DNA of 26,107 nt from a virus (lineage: Duplodnaviria > Caudoviricetes): positions 1 to 26,107 of the IMG/VR virus record IMGVR_UViG_3300004829_000007. The stretch is one strand, 5' to 3'. Below, piece after piece: positions 9,266-18,527 of the stretch; within the stretch, counting starts at the first letter, position 1, and every line of letters begins with the position of its first letter. Under the pieces are notes generated by a model. It saw only the letters and a program-made list of their open reading frames with translations. It was not told where the DNA came from and made no database searches. The position numbers were made by a program, and so were the translations under genes.

Positions 9266-12200
9266 ATGGCTGAATTATTTCAATACACAAGCACTCAGCG
9301 TGTAGCTGGTACTTCAGTACCTAATATCCAAGTAACGCCTAACCTACAGGCCGCACAAGCGTTTGAGAGCATGAGTAATCTAGTTAAGGTTGCTCAACAG
9401 GAACGTCTACAGCAAGTACAGCGAGAAAAAAGTTTTCTATCGGCCCAAGCACAGCTACAAGAAGCTCAAGCTGCTGAGGCAACGGCTGCTGCTAAGACAA
9501 TGGAAGAATCACGTAAGAGAGCTGCTTCTGCTGAAGCTATGGGTTTTAATACCGACTTCAGTAACCGTATCAACCTCTTAAACGAAGGCCTGATTAATGC
9601 AGGTGATGATATTCAAGCTCGTCGTGAGTTGTACTCTACATTCCGTGAAGAAGACTTAGCAGTATACAATAGTCTACCTACTGATGTACAAGAGAAGGTG
9701 TACAAAGCTCGTCTAGATACTCTTGAGTCTACTCACAAGTCCTTCATGACGAAAGACAATGAAATCCTAGGTGTCGAGTTTAAAAACATGGTAGGTGAAT
9801 CTCTACCTCTATTTGTTAAGCAAGACCTAGCACAACAGATTGAAACTTATCAGACTCTCCAAGCACAAGCTGGTGAGTTAAATATCAGTAAAGCTGTCTT
9901 TGGTGAAGATTTCGCTAAGATGGTAGGTGACTATATGATCGCCTCTGCTGATGTGGAACAAATGATCAATACCCTAGACTACCAATCTGTATATGATATG
10001 GAGAACGCTGTTAAACTAGTTGCTGAGATTGATCCTAAGACTAAGCGACATGTAGAAGCTGCTGTAGGTAAGATTCAATCCCAACTTAAAGACAAGCTTG
10101 ATTCTCATGTTAATAGCATGGTTACTCAATCTATCCAAACCAATGATTACAACTCCTTTGTAGCTTTCCGTTCTATCGGTCTTGCCCATGGAGCTATTAG
10201 TCAACAGGAGGGGTACAGTCAAACTGTAGAGTTCCAACAGAAAGCTGCTGCTTCTGGTCATGTAGCACGTCAGAATGCTACTGCATTACACCAAACTGAT
10301 CCATTCTATCCTACAGGCCTACTCACAGGCAAAATGAAGGAAGCTAAAGTTAGTTTGGTAAAGCAGGACTTTACTACGCAAGTTAATAGTGACAAGATGG
10401 ATATTGGCTACGTCAAACAGCAGTTGAATAACAACTCTAAAGTTGTAGCTCCTATCTTGAAGGAAACTATTAATCGTCAACTTAACAATGTTATGGCTTA
10501 CGCTGTACGTGATGATAAAGATCCTGAAGTACAACAGCAGAATCAGGTTCAGATGCTAGGCCGACTAGCTCACCTATCGAATCTAACGGCTGTTGCAGGT
10601 ATTCACATTGACGCTAAGATGCGTGAACAGATTCAGTTTGCTCAAATCCTAGCTATGACACCTGACATTAAGAACCGTATGCTTGCTAAAGAAGCGTTTG
10701 ATGCTCACTCCGGTGAGATTATGCTACATAGTGGCAATAAGCATATGAAAGCACTTAAAGAGGAACTTCCTGATCAATACCTAGACGCACAACGGTATAT
10801 GTCTGCTCTAGTAGTAACTGGTCAGCTATCCGAAGAAGATGCGTATGAAGCTGCCAAGCGTGTATACAACTACGAAGAGTTAGATGGCGTAGACTTCAAA
10901 GTATCTGGTAACATCAAAGAAGATCTACTAGGCGCTGGTCTAAGCGAAGACTCCTTCAGCTTGTTCCAAGATATGTTACTAAGTGACGAGGCTGATGTAT
11001 TACCAGAAGAAGCTCGTACAGATATCTCTAATGTACTAGAGGGTACTAACGCTAAAGTTCGTCGTCTACATGGCAGTATGTTGTTTGTGAACGATGAAGG
11101 TGCTTCTGCTATCCTACCTCTTACTAAGGCACAACTAACTCTTGTAGCTGATAATGTTATGAAGAAAAAGGCGTCCTTAGATAAGCCTCATGGTATTGAA
11201 GTTGTTGTCGATGAACTAGCGTCTCACTCCACTGTCTCTGCTAGTGAAATGACTGATACTGTAGTTGCTCGTGCTAAAGGCACCGTAGCTCCTCTAGTCA
11301 TGGCAGGTAAACTAGGCGTCGAGAGTATGGATAGCCTGTTTGATACAGTTAAGAACTACCCCGAGCATATTAACAACTTAATTGATGATGTGTATGTACA
11401 AGGTCAGGACTTTAGTCAAGCATGGGATACCTTTACTGGTAAGACTTCTGCTGACCTAAAAGCGGCTGGTAAAGAAGCTGCTGTTGATGTTGAAGCAGTT
11501 ATGACTGAGTATCACGCTACTATTGAAGCTATGAAAGCTACTGGCCCTCAAGAAGGCCCGATACTGCCTGATAAGTTTGAACTAAATACTAACTTGGACG
11601 CAATCAAAGGTGCTGTAAAGAATGCCTTGGATGGTATTATGGTCTTTATGGCAGATAAAGGTGATGAAGTGTTAAGTCCAGAAGATACACAACTACTAGA
11701 CGATCTACTGCAAAGAGAAGCCCCACGTAAGAAGGGCATCCTACAGATCGAAGAAGGTCACATCCATTATGATGATGCGGCTACTAAGAAAAACCCAACA
11801 ACTAACTATGGTGTTGTAACCGATAACTTCCCTAAGAACGAAGGTGAGACAGATCGTGAACATGCTCTTAGAGTATTTAACGACCATTTCCGTCCTAAAA
11901 TCGAAGCCTTGAATATTAAAGGCGTACCTACTCAACGTTTAGCTCTGCTAGCGTGGAATATTGGCCCTGACCATCAGATCTTCAAAGATATGAAAGGATT
12001 AGATCTAAGCAAGCCTCAAGATCAAGAGAAAGCTCGTGGAGCAATCACTAAGATCGTAACGGCTGGTGGTAAATGGATGCGTGGTCTTGTAAGTGCACGA
12101 GCGAAAGATTGGAACCGAGTAGCAGAGGTGATTGAACCTAGCAAAGAGATTGTAGAATATGAGATCTTTAAAGGCGATACTCCTGATACCTACTACCGTA

Positions 12201-12301
12201 CCTTCTTCTTCCGTGATGGCTCTCAAGAAACCTTCCAAATGAAGATGGCCCAACACTCTGATAGTAAAACTACATTGAATAAACGCTACCGCGTACAATA
12301 G
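9266..12301 (+). CDS. Internal virion protein, gp15-like, with a C-terminal lysozyme-like domain
   Basis: 1011 aa, largely helical. The C-terminus has EEGHIHYDD...PTTNYG, ALLAWNIG and TAGGKWMRGLVSARAKD, resembling GH24 muramidase motifs. Confidence 0.72.
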   Translation: MAELFQYTSTQRVAGTSVPNIQVTPNLQAAQAFESMSNLVKVAQQERLQQVQREKSFLSAQAQLQEAQAAEATAAAKTMEESRKRAASAEAMGFNTDFSNRINLLNEGLINAGDDIQARRELYSTFREEDLAVYNSLPTDVQEKVYKARLDTLESTHKSFMTKDNEILGVEFKNMVGESLPLFVKQDLAQQIETYQTLQAQAGELNISKAVFGEDFAKMVGDYMIASADVEQMINTLDYQSVYDMENAVKLVAEIDPKTKRHVEAAVGKIQSQLKDKLDSHVNSMVTQSIQTNDYNSFVAFRSIGLAHGAISQQEGYSQTVEFQQKAAASGHVARQNATALHQTDPFYPTGLLTGKMKEAKVSLVKQDFTTQVNSDKMDIGYVKQQLNNNSKVVAPILKETINRQLNNVMAYAVRDDKDPEVQQQNQVQMLGRLAHLSNLTAVAGIHIDAKMREQIQFAQILAMTPDIKNRMLAKEAFDAHSGEIMLHSGNKHMKALKEELPDQYLDAQRYMSALVVTGQLSEEDAYEAAKRVYNYEELDGVDFKVSGNIKEDLLGAGLSEDSFSLFQDMLLSDEADVLPEEARTDISNVLEGTNAKVRRLHGSMLFVNDEGASAILPLTKAQLTLVADNVMKKKASLDKPHGIEVVVDELASHSTVSASEMTDTVVARAKGTVAPLVMAGKLGVESMDSLFDTVKNYPEHINNLIDDVYVQGQDFSQAWDTFTGKTSADLKAAGKEAAVDVEAVMTEYHATIEAMKATGPQEGPILPDKFELNTNLDAIKGAVKNALDGIMVFMADKGDEVLSPEDTQLLDDLLQREAPRKKGILQIEEGHIHYDDAATKKNPTTNYGVVTDNFPKNEGETDREHALRVFNDHFRPKIEALNIKGVPTQRLALLAWNIGPDHQIFKDMKGLDLSKPQDQEKARGAITKIVTAGGKWMRGLVSARAKDWNRVAEVIEPSKEIVEYEIFKGDTPDTYYRTFFFRDGSQETFQMKMAQHSDSKTTLNKRYRVQ

Positions 12302-12309
12302 GAGAAAAT

Positions 12310-15300
12310 ATGGCACTGATCGAATTTGATGATAATCAAAAGCATCTGATGCGTTACGGCTCACAAGCTGGAATCCAACCAACAGAATATGCCCAAGGCG
12401 ATTACAGTGCCTTATTCCAATCCATGAACTCCTTCGCTGCTTTGGCGAAGCGAGGTGATTTTGAGCGTATGGAAGTTGATGCTACTCCTTATGAGGGCAT
12501 CGCTTTCAATCGTGATAATCTGTACGAGCAACTCAAGAAGCAAGGCAAGACCCCTGATGTAATTGATCAGGTAATGTCTAGTCACTTAACAGGGTGGGAA
12601 GACTCTATTCGTCGTACCGCCTTTGTTGAGCATATGAACCAAGTACACCAACAAGTATCTGAGAACTTCTCTGTTCCTGGAATGCTGGCTGCTGGTATCC
12701 CTATGGCTCTTCTTGACTTGGATATGCTGTTGATTAATCCTACACTGGCAGGTGTAAACAAGTTCCGTAAGGCTATGAATATCTCTAGCCGTATGGGTAA
12801 GTTTGCTACACATGCTGGTGCAGGTGCCTTTATTGGTGCAGAGTCTATGCTGACTTATGAAGCAGCCACTGGCATGTACCACGATGATTCCTTAATTAAC
12901 TCTGCCCTTATCGGTATGGCTCTTAATGGTACTCTTGGTACTCTTCTAGAGCGTGGTAATAAGCAGGGCGACATCATCCGACATACTGACAAAGATGGTA
13001 ACCTAAAGACTCGTGAAGAAGCTAAAGTCGAAGAACTGGCTGAAGCTAATGGACGTTTAGACCGTCTGAACACTGTCATTACAGACTTTAAGGCTTTACT
13101 ATCTGGTCAGAAAGAAACTAAGGCTGCTCTGAAAGCCTCTGAACGTCGAGACTTAGGCCGAGCTAAGACTGACGCTCGTATGGCTGATGATATTCTTAAG
13201 CAAGAGAAAGAGTATGCCAAGAAAGTATGGCAAGATACTAAGAGTCCTGTAGAAGCCCTTGTAGCGACTATTAAGACTGCTCGTGCTAGCCTACGTAAAG
13301 CTGAGAGTGGTATTACAAAGGCTACCAAAGCTACGGCTGATTACAACAAAGCTACGGCTGACCTGAAAGTCGCTCGTAAAGAAGCTACTCCTATCAAGGG
13401 CCAAGTGACTAAGCTGACTAACCAGATGGCTAAGCTAGCTGACGCTACTGATGAAGCTTCTCAGATTAAAGCTAAAGAGCTGGGTAAGAAACTGGCTGAT
13501 CAACAGAAGCGTCTACGTAAGCAAGAAGCTAAGATTACTCGTATCGAAACTCGTATGGGTAAGTATGATCAGGATACTCCTAAGCAGATGGAGTTACTGA
13601 AAGCTAATCGTGCTGGCTTTAATGTAGAGCTTGTTAATCGTACAGGTGACCTTGCTAAGGCTCAAAGAAAGCGTCAGGAAGCGAAAGCTGAGTATGACAA
13701 ACGTGTAACTGCTCACCGTGAACACTCTCGTGTGCCGAAAGAGGTGCGTGAAGGGTTTGAAACAAAGACTCTGACTGAGAGATTGGCTGCATATGATGTA
13801 CCTGCGTCTCCTGAAGGGTTACGTCAGCTAATGCAGAAGCAGAATGTACTGACAGATGATATTGCTAAGATGTCTGATGATGACTTCAATCTGAGTACTG
13901 TATATGGTATCCGTAAGGAACAACAGAACTACGTTGAGAAGTTGAATCGTGAATTAGAAGAAGTTAACCAACTAAAAGACTTTACACAGTCTGCTACGTT
14001 TAAGCGACTGCCTGAGTGGGCGCGTAAGCTAGTTATTTCTCCTATTGAGAAGCTGTTGAATAGCGATAACAACTTAGTATCTGGTTTTGCCTCTCTATTA
14101 CATAGCGGCACATTACACCACGGTAAGATCAACACGCATAATGCTTGGAATATCCGTACTGAACTAGATAACCAACTCAATCGTATGCATAAGGCTATGA
14201 TCTTCTTACACCGTCAGGCTGTTAAGGAAGGATACGCTGGTAAGCTAGAAGAGTTTGAGACTGAAGTAGCTGAACAAGCCTTTAAGGTTACTGGTAAGAT
14301 GCAGCGTGATATGTACACAGGTATCTCTGGTGACATCGTAGGCCTTGAGCGTATGGAACTAGCACAGCAACGTGCTGCTTCTTTACAACGACAACATGCT
14401 AGTGGTAATAAACACATAGACGATGCCGTAGACGAGTATCTAAACTACTACGAAGCTATTCATGCTCGTGGTCAGGCTCTAGGAATGGAAGCATTCAAAG
14501 GTTCCGTAGGTAAAGCTTATATCAAGCGTGTATACAGCCGAGGTAAGATTGAGCAGATGGGTGAGGCTAATGCCATTCAACACCTTGTAGACGCTCAAGT
14601 AGCTTTTGCACGAGCTACTAACTCCGAAATCCATATGGAAGAGTTTATTAGCAAGGCAACTACTGCTGTACAAGAGACTCTGAATCGTGACTTTAAGATC
14701 AAGCAGGTTACCGATCCATTAGGACTGCCTAAGCAATCTACTACTAGCTCTCTGAAGCAACGTAGCATTGATGCATTTGATGATGATCTAGCACATGTCC
14801 TTGAGGGTGATGTAGTAGGTACATCTACTCTGTATGGTTTAGGTGTACATGGTCGTTTAGCACTAAAGGAAAAGCTAGGTGTTGACACAAGTGATCAGGT
14901 AGAAGGTTTGATACAACAATTAGGAGCTACTCAGAAAGAAGTAGATAACCTACGTGTATTAGTCCAGACTATTGCTGGTACTCGTGAGATCTCTAAGAAC
15001 CCTTATGATCCTTTCACTCGTATTGCAAAAGCTGCTAGTACTTACTCTAGTGCTATGCATACCCTTGCCTTTGCTGTTCCTACTGTAACTGAATTAGCAT
15101 CTATGGCTAAGGAGTTTGGTTGGGGTAAGACTATGGATTCTCTGATTGGTAAACCTCAAGAGATCTACAAGATCTATCGTGAAGGTACTCCTAGTGACAA
15201 GAACACTATCGAAATGATGGTATCCTATGGCGATGCATACTTTGCAACCAAGGCTAACCGCTTTGATGTAGAGAGTACATTTGACTCTGTAGGTCGTGTA

Positions 15301-16143
15301 CAGGAATTTATGGATGATATTGTACGTAAGGAAGCTGTCTTCGGCGGTCTGTTGCCGCTAACTGACATGATGCGTATGGCTACTGCCTCTCTATCCGTAG
15401 ACTTCCTAGCTAAACTATCTGTTGCTAAGAATATCAGCCCTACTGACGTACAACGTTTAGGTGATATGGGCTTTGGTGTTGAAGATCTGGCTCTGATTAA
15501 AGAGCGTTTGAAAGTACAGCCTGATGGGCGTATCGGTAATACAGATCGTAAGACTTGGGGTTCTCTTGATAAGAAGATTACCTATGGTGTACAGACTATG
15601 GTTGAGCGTACTATCTTACATCCGAATGGAGCTACACTACCTAAGTTCATGACCAATATGAATGAAGGTCAGTTTCTACCTCGTGTGATGTTTAAGTTTA
15701 TGCGATTCCCATTTGAATCCTATGAGCGACTATTAGGTCGTGGTATGCAAGAAGCAGATGCCAAGCAACTACTAGCCCTTGGTGGTAACGTAGCTATGTG
15801 GACTATGATTCTAACAGCTAAGGATGCATTGAAGGACGAGGATAAGCAGAAGTATACAGGTGAAGATGGTGGTAATCAGTTGATGATGGACTCGTTCCTA
15901 TACAACTCATTTACTGCTCTACCTATTGCTATGCTTGATACAGCTTCTGGTATTCTGACAGGCGAGAATATGACCAACGACTACCGCTACCGATTAGGTG
16001 GAGTTGTTCAGTCTGATATGGAAGGCTGGCAGAGGTTAAACCCTACATTGTCAGTTCCCTTTATGAATCTTCATCTTGGGGACGCTGTGGCAAACTCTGC
16101 TGCTGTTATTACTGGACTAGAAGAGCTTAATCGCGAGGAGTAA
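12310..16143 (+). CDS. Internal virion protein, gp16-like
   Basis: 1277 aa. Assigned by position and size. C-terminal motifs (ERTILHPNGATLP, MFKFMRFPFESYE) resemble gp16-like ejectosome proteins. Contains a long Lys/Ala-rich coiled coil. Confidence 0.72.
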   Translation: MALIEFDDNQKHLMRYGSQAGIQPTEYAQGDYSALFQSMNSFAALAKRGDFERMEVDATPYEGIAFNRDNLYEQLKKQGKTPDVIDQVMSSHLTGWEDSIRRTAFVEHMNQVHQQVSENFSVPGMLAAGIPMALLDLDMLLINPTLAGVNKFRKAMNISSRMGKFATHAGAGAFIGAESMLTYEAATGMYHDDSLINSALIGMALNGTLGTLLERGNKQGDIIRHTDKDGNLKTREEAKVEELAEANGRLDRLNTVITDFKALLSGQKETKAALKASERRDLGRAKTDARMADDILKQEKEYAKKVWQDTKSPVEALVATIKTARASLRKAESGITKATKATADYNKATADLKVARKEATPIKGQVTKLTNQMAKLADATDEASQIKAKELGKKLADQQKRLRKQEAKITRIETRMGKYDQDTPKQMELLKANRAGFNVELVNRTGDLAKAQRKRQEAKAEYDKRVTAHREHSRVPKEVREGFETKTLTERLAAYDVPASPEGLRQLMQKQNVLTDDIAKMSDDDFNLSTVYGIRKEQQNYVEKLNRELEEVNQLKDFTQSATFKRLPEWARKLVISPIEKLLNSDNNLVSGFASLLHSGTLHHGKINTHNAWNIRTELDNQLNRMHKAMIFLHRQAVKEGYAGKLEEFETEVAEQAFKVTGKMQRDMYTGISGDIVGLERMELAQQRAASLQRQHASGNKHIDDAVDEYLNYYEAIHARGQALGMEAFKGSVGKAYIKRVYSRGKIEQMGEANAIQHLVDAQVAFARATNSEIHMEEFISKATTAVQETLNRDFKIKQVTDPLGLPKQSTTSSLKQRSIDAFDDDLAHVLEGDVVGTSTLYGLGVHGRLALKEKLGVDTSDQVEGLIQQLGATQKEVDNLRVLVQTIAGTREISKNPYDPFTRIAKAASTYSSAMHTLAFAVPTVTELASMAKEFGWGKTMDSLIGKPQEIYKIYREGTPSDKNTIEMMVSYGDAYFATKANRFDVESTFDSVGRVQEFMDDIVRKEAVFGGLLPLTDMMRMATASLSVDFLAKLSVAKNISPTDVQRLGDMGFGVEDLALIKERLKVQPDGRIGNTDRKTWGSLDKKITYGVQTMVERTILHPNGATLPKFMTNMNEGQFLPRVMFKFMRFPFESYERLLGRGMQEADAKQLLALGGNVAMWTMILTAKDALKDEDKQKYTGEDGGNQLMMDSFLYNSFTALPIAMLDTASGILTGENMTNDYRYRLGGVVQSDMEGWQRLNPTLSVPFMNLHLGDAVANSAAVITGLEELNREE

Positions 16144-16145
16144 CT

Positions 16146-16403
16146 ATGAGCAATAAAGCTTCAATGAACGAGCTGAATGAACTACATGCCCTTGTAGCGA
16201 AACAGCTAACAGCAAACCTTGATGATCCTAAGATGCTGGCACATGCCATTAAGTTTCTCAAGGATAACGATATCACTGCTGATATCTTAGAGTCTGAATC
16301 TATGATGAGCCTAACTGATTCGATCAAACAGATCGCTTCGGAAGCCCATAACGATAGCTTCAGTGTAGACGATATGCTTCAAACGGCCCACAAGGCCCAT
16401 TAG
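16146..16403 (+). CDS. Terminase small subunit, T7 gp18-like
   Basis: KASMNELNELHALVA...AIKFLKDNDITA is the characteristic small-terminase motif of T7-like phages. Lies upstream of terL. Confidence 0.88.
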   Translation: MSNKASMNELNELHALVAKQLTANLDDPKMLAHAIKFLKDNDITADILESESMMSLTDSIKQIASEAHNDSFSVDDMLQTAHKAH

Positions 16404-16413
16404 AGCGTTCTTC

Positions 16414-16466
16414 AGGCCCACCTATGCGATGATATTAGTTTATCATTAAAAGGCTGTGGTGGGCCT
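16414..16466 (+). promoter_or_regulatory. Long interrupted hairpin upstream of the tRNA (possible processing site)
   Basis: AGGCCCACC (16414-22) pairs with GGTGGGCCT (16458-66); inner stem ATGATA/TATCAT. Flanked by direct repeats TAGAGCGTT at 16401 and 16469. Confidence 0.45.
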
Positions 16467-16484
16467 TATAGAGCGTTTTACGAT

Positions 16485-16559
16485 GTGTCAGAAGCTTTGA
16501 AGGTGAAGTCTGGGTTGTGATCCCGGAGGAACTTGGTTCGAGTCCAAGCTGACACCCCA
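16485..16559 (+). tRNA. tRNA-His (GUG), atypical
   Basis: Acceptor stem GTGTCAG/CTGACAC, discriminator C and encoded CCA. D stem GCTT/AAGT. Anticodon arm CTGGG-TTGTGAT-CCCGG. T arm CTTGG-TTCGAGT-CCAAG. Confidence 0.92.
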
Positions 16560-16573
16560 ATTTAAGGAGAGAT

Positions 16574-18271
16574 ATGGAACAATCAGAAATTAAACTAGCT
16601 ATTCAGGACTTTAAAGTGTTCCTGAAGATGACATGGGAGCATCTACGGCTACCACCCCCTACAAGAATGCAGTATTATATTGCTGACTACTTGCAGGAGG
16701 GTCATAAACGATCCCAATTGGAAGCCCTTCGTGGTATAGGTAAGACTTGGATTACAGGTGCCTATGCTGCTTGGCGTTTCCTACGTAATCCAAACGAGAA
16801 GATATTGATTGTATCTCAGTCTGGTAGTCACTCTGACAACATTGCAATCTTTATCCGTAAGCTGATTGATACTATGCCTATCCTAGAGCATCTACAACCA
16901 CGGCCTGACCAACGTAGTTCTGTAATTGCGTTTGATGTTAATGGTTGTGAGGTATCTGTACAGCCATCCTTGAAGTCTTTGGGTATTACATCCCAGCTAC
17001 AGGGTAACCGTGCCTCTCTACTCATCTCTGATGACGTTGAGGGCCAACAAAACTCTGCTACTGAGAAGCGTAGGCAAGACCTATTGAATCAGGTAGCTGA
17101 ATATGAGGCGATCTTACAGACCTCTGATGACGCTCAGATCCTTGTATTGGGCACACCCCAGACATCTGAGTCTATTTACAACCGATTACGAGATAAAGGG
17201 TATGTTACACGAATTTACCCAGCCCGATATCCTGATAACATTGACAGTTACCAAGGATGTTTGGCTGACTATCTGGTACAAGACTTATACGATAACCCTT
17301 CCCTTGTAGATAGGTCAACTGATAGTAGATTCTCAGATGAGGATTTGTATCAGCGTGAGTTAAGTTATGGTCGTAGTGGTTTTAAGCTACAGTTCATGCT
17401 GGATACTACTCTGTCTGATGCTGAAAAGTATCCTCTGAAGACTAGAGATCTGATTGTAACTGACTTATCTGAACAACAAGCACCTACAAGATTGATCTGG
17501 AGTGCAAATGCTCAATACACTATTGGTGAACTGCCTAATGTTGGCTTTACTGGTGACACATTACAGCGTCCGTCTATGCAGGAAGCATTCGGTAACTATG
17601 AAGGTTCTATTCTGGCTATTGACCCTAGTGGTCGTGGTAAGGATGAAATGGGTTGGTGTGTTGTAAATCATATGCTGGGTAAGCTGTTTGTACCTGACTT
17701 TGGTGGTATGCAAGGTGGTTATGACGAACAGAACCTTGTAGCATTAGCTGAGATAGCCCAAAGATACAATGTGAACAAGATAGTAACTGAAAGTAACTTT
17801 GGTGATGGTATGTTTAGTAACCTACTAGCACCTGTCCTCAATGCTATCTATCCTTGTGCTATCGAAGAGGTACGTAACAATATACAGAAAGAAAAACGTA
17901 TCATTGATATACTGGAACCTCTTATGAACCAGCATCGCCTTGTAGTAGACTATGCAGCTATCAAACGTGATATTGACTATGGTTTGAGTGATCCTAAGTC
18001 TATTTACTATTCTATGTTGTACCAGATGACCCACCTTACCAATGAAAGAGGGTCGCTAGTACACGATGATAGACTGGATGTTCTGGCTCTTGGCTGTCAG
18101 TGGTGGAATGAATATGGTATCTTGAAGCAGGACTCTGAGATTGCTATAGGTATCTACCAAAGGAAGCAGTTAGAAGATGAGCTACAACGTAGAGCTAATA
18201 TCTATCGTAGTCAGCAGCTTAGGAAACCTAAAGGTAGCCATGCTATGAGTAGGTTTAAAGCTTATAAGTAA
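16574..18271 (+). CDS. terL: Terminase large subunit, T7 gp19-like
   Basis: 565 aa. Walker A-like EALRGIGKTWIT, QLQGNRASLLISDDVE (Walker B), LGTPQ, and nuclease motifs IDPSGRGKDE, ESNFGDGMF and HDDRLDVLA. Confidence 0.96.
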   Translation: MEQSEIKLAIQDFKVFLKMTWEHLRLPPPTRMQYYIADYLQEGHKRSQLEALRGIGKTWITGAYAAWRFLRNPNEKILIVSQSGSHSDNIAIFIRKLIDTMPILEHLQPRPDQRSSVIAFDVNGCEVSVQPSLKSLGITSQLQGNRASLLISDDVEGQQNSATEKRRQDLLNQVAEYEAILQTSDDAQILVLGTPQTSESIYNRLRDKGYVTRIYPARYPDNIDSYQGCLADYLVQDLYDNPSLVDRSTDSRFSDEDLYQRELSYGRSGFKLQFMLDTTLSDAEKYPLKTRDLIVTDLSEQQAPTRLIWSANAQYTIGELPNVGFTGDTLQRPSMQEAFGNYEGSILAIDPSGRGKDEMGWCVVNHMLGKLFVPDFGGMQGGYDEQNLVALAEIAQRYNVNKIVTESNFGDGMFSNLLAPVLNAIYPCAIEEVRNNIQKEKRIIDILEPLMNQHRLVVDYAAIKRDIDYGLSDPKSIYYSMLYQMTHLTNERGSLVHDDRLDVLALGCQWWNEYGILKQDSEIAIGIYQRKQLEDELQRRANIYRSQQLRKPKGSHAMSRFKAYK

Positions 18272-18315
18272 CATAGAGTTTACCTTAAGGCCTCTTAGGG
18301 TAACATAGAGTTTAC
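18268..18315 (+). repeat. 16-bp direct repeat pair enclosing a hairpin
   Basis: GTAACATAGAGTTTAC at 18268-18283 and 18300-18315. Overlapping hairpin TTACCTTAAG-GCCT-CTTAGGGTAA at 18280-18303. Confidence 0.85.
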
Positions 18316-18470
18316 ACTTTTATGCGCTTAAAACTGTACAATAGTTACATTTTAAAGCACTTTAGGGGGTCATGGTAGTGGTTGTTATTACAGTCACTAT
18401 CGTACCCTCCTGTATCCCTTGTGTACCAAGGCTTCCGCTTACTTTGGACACAACAGGGGCGAAGGAAGAT

Positions 18471-18527
18471 TTAAGTTCTTTAAGTATACTTAAGTATACT
18501 TAAGGATACTGTAAGTATACTTTAAGT
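18471..18527. repeat. Tandem TAAGTATACT-type repeats including a 24-bp perfect palindrome
   Basis: About five degenerate 10-11-bp units. TTAAGTATACTTAAGTATACTTAA (18480-18503) is its own reverse complement. Confidence 0.88.

Noticed and set aside
16401-16477. MITE with a 9-bp target-site duplication
   Set aside because: The inverted repeats do not directly abut the direct repeats, it is single-copy and there is no transposase. Kept only as a possible insertion scar.
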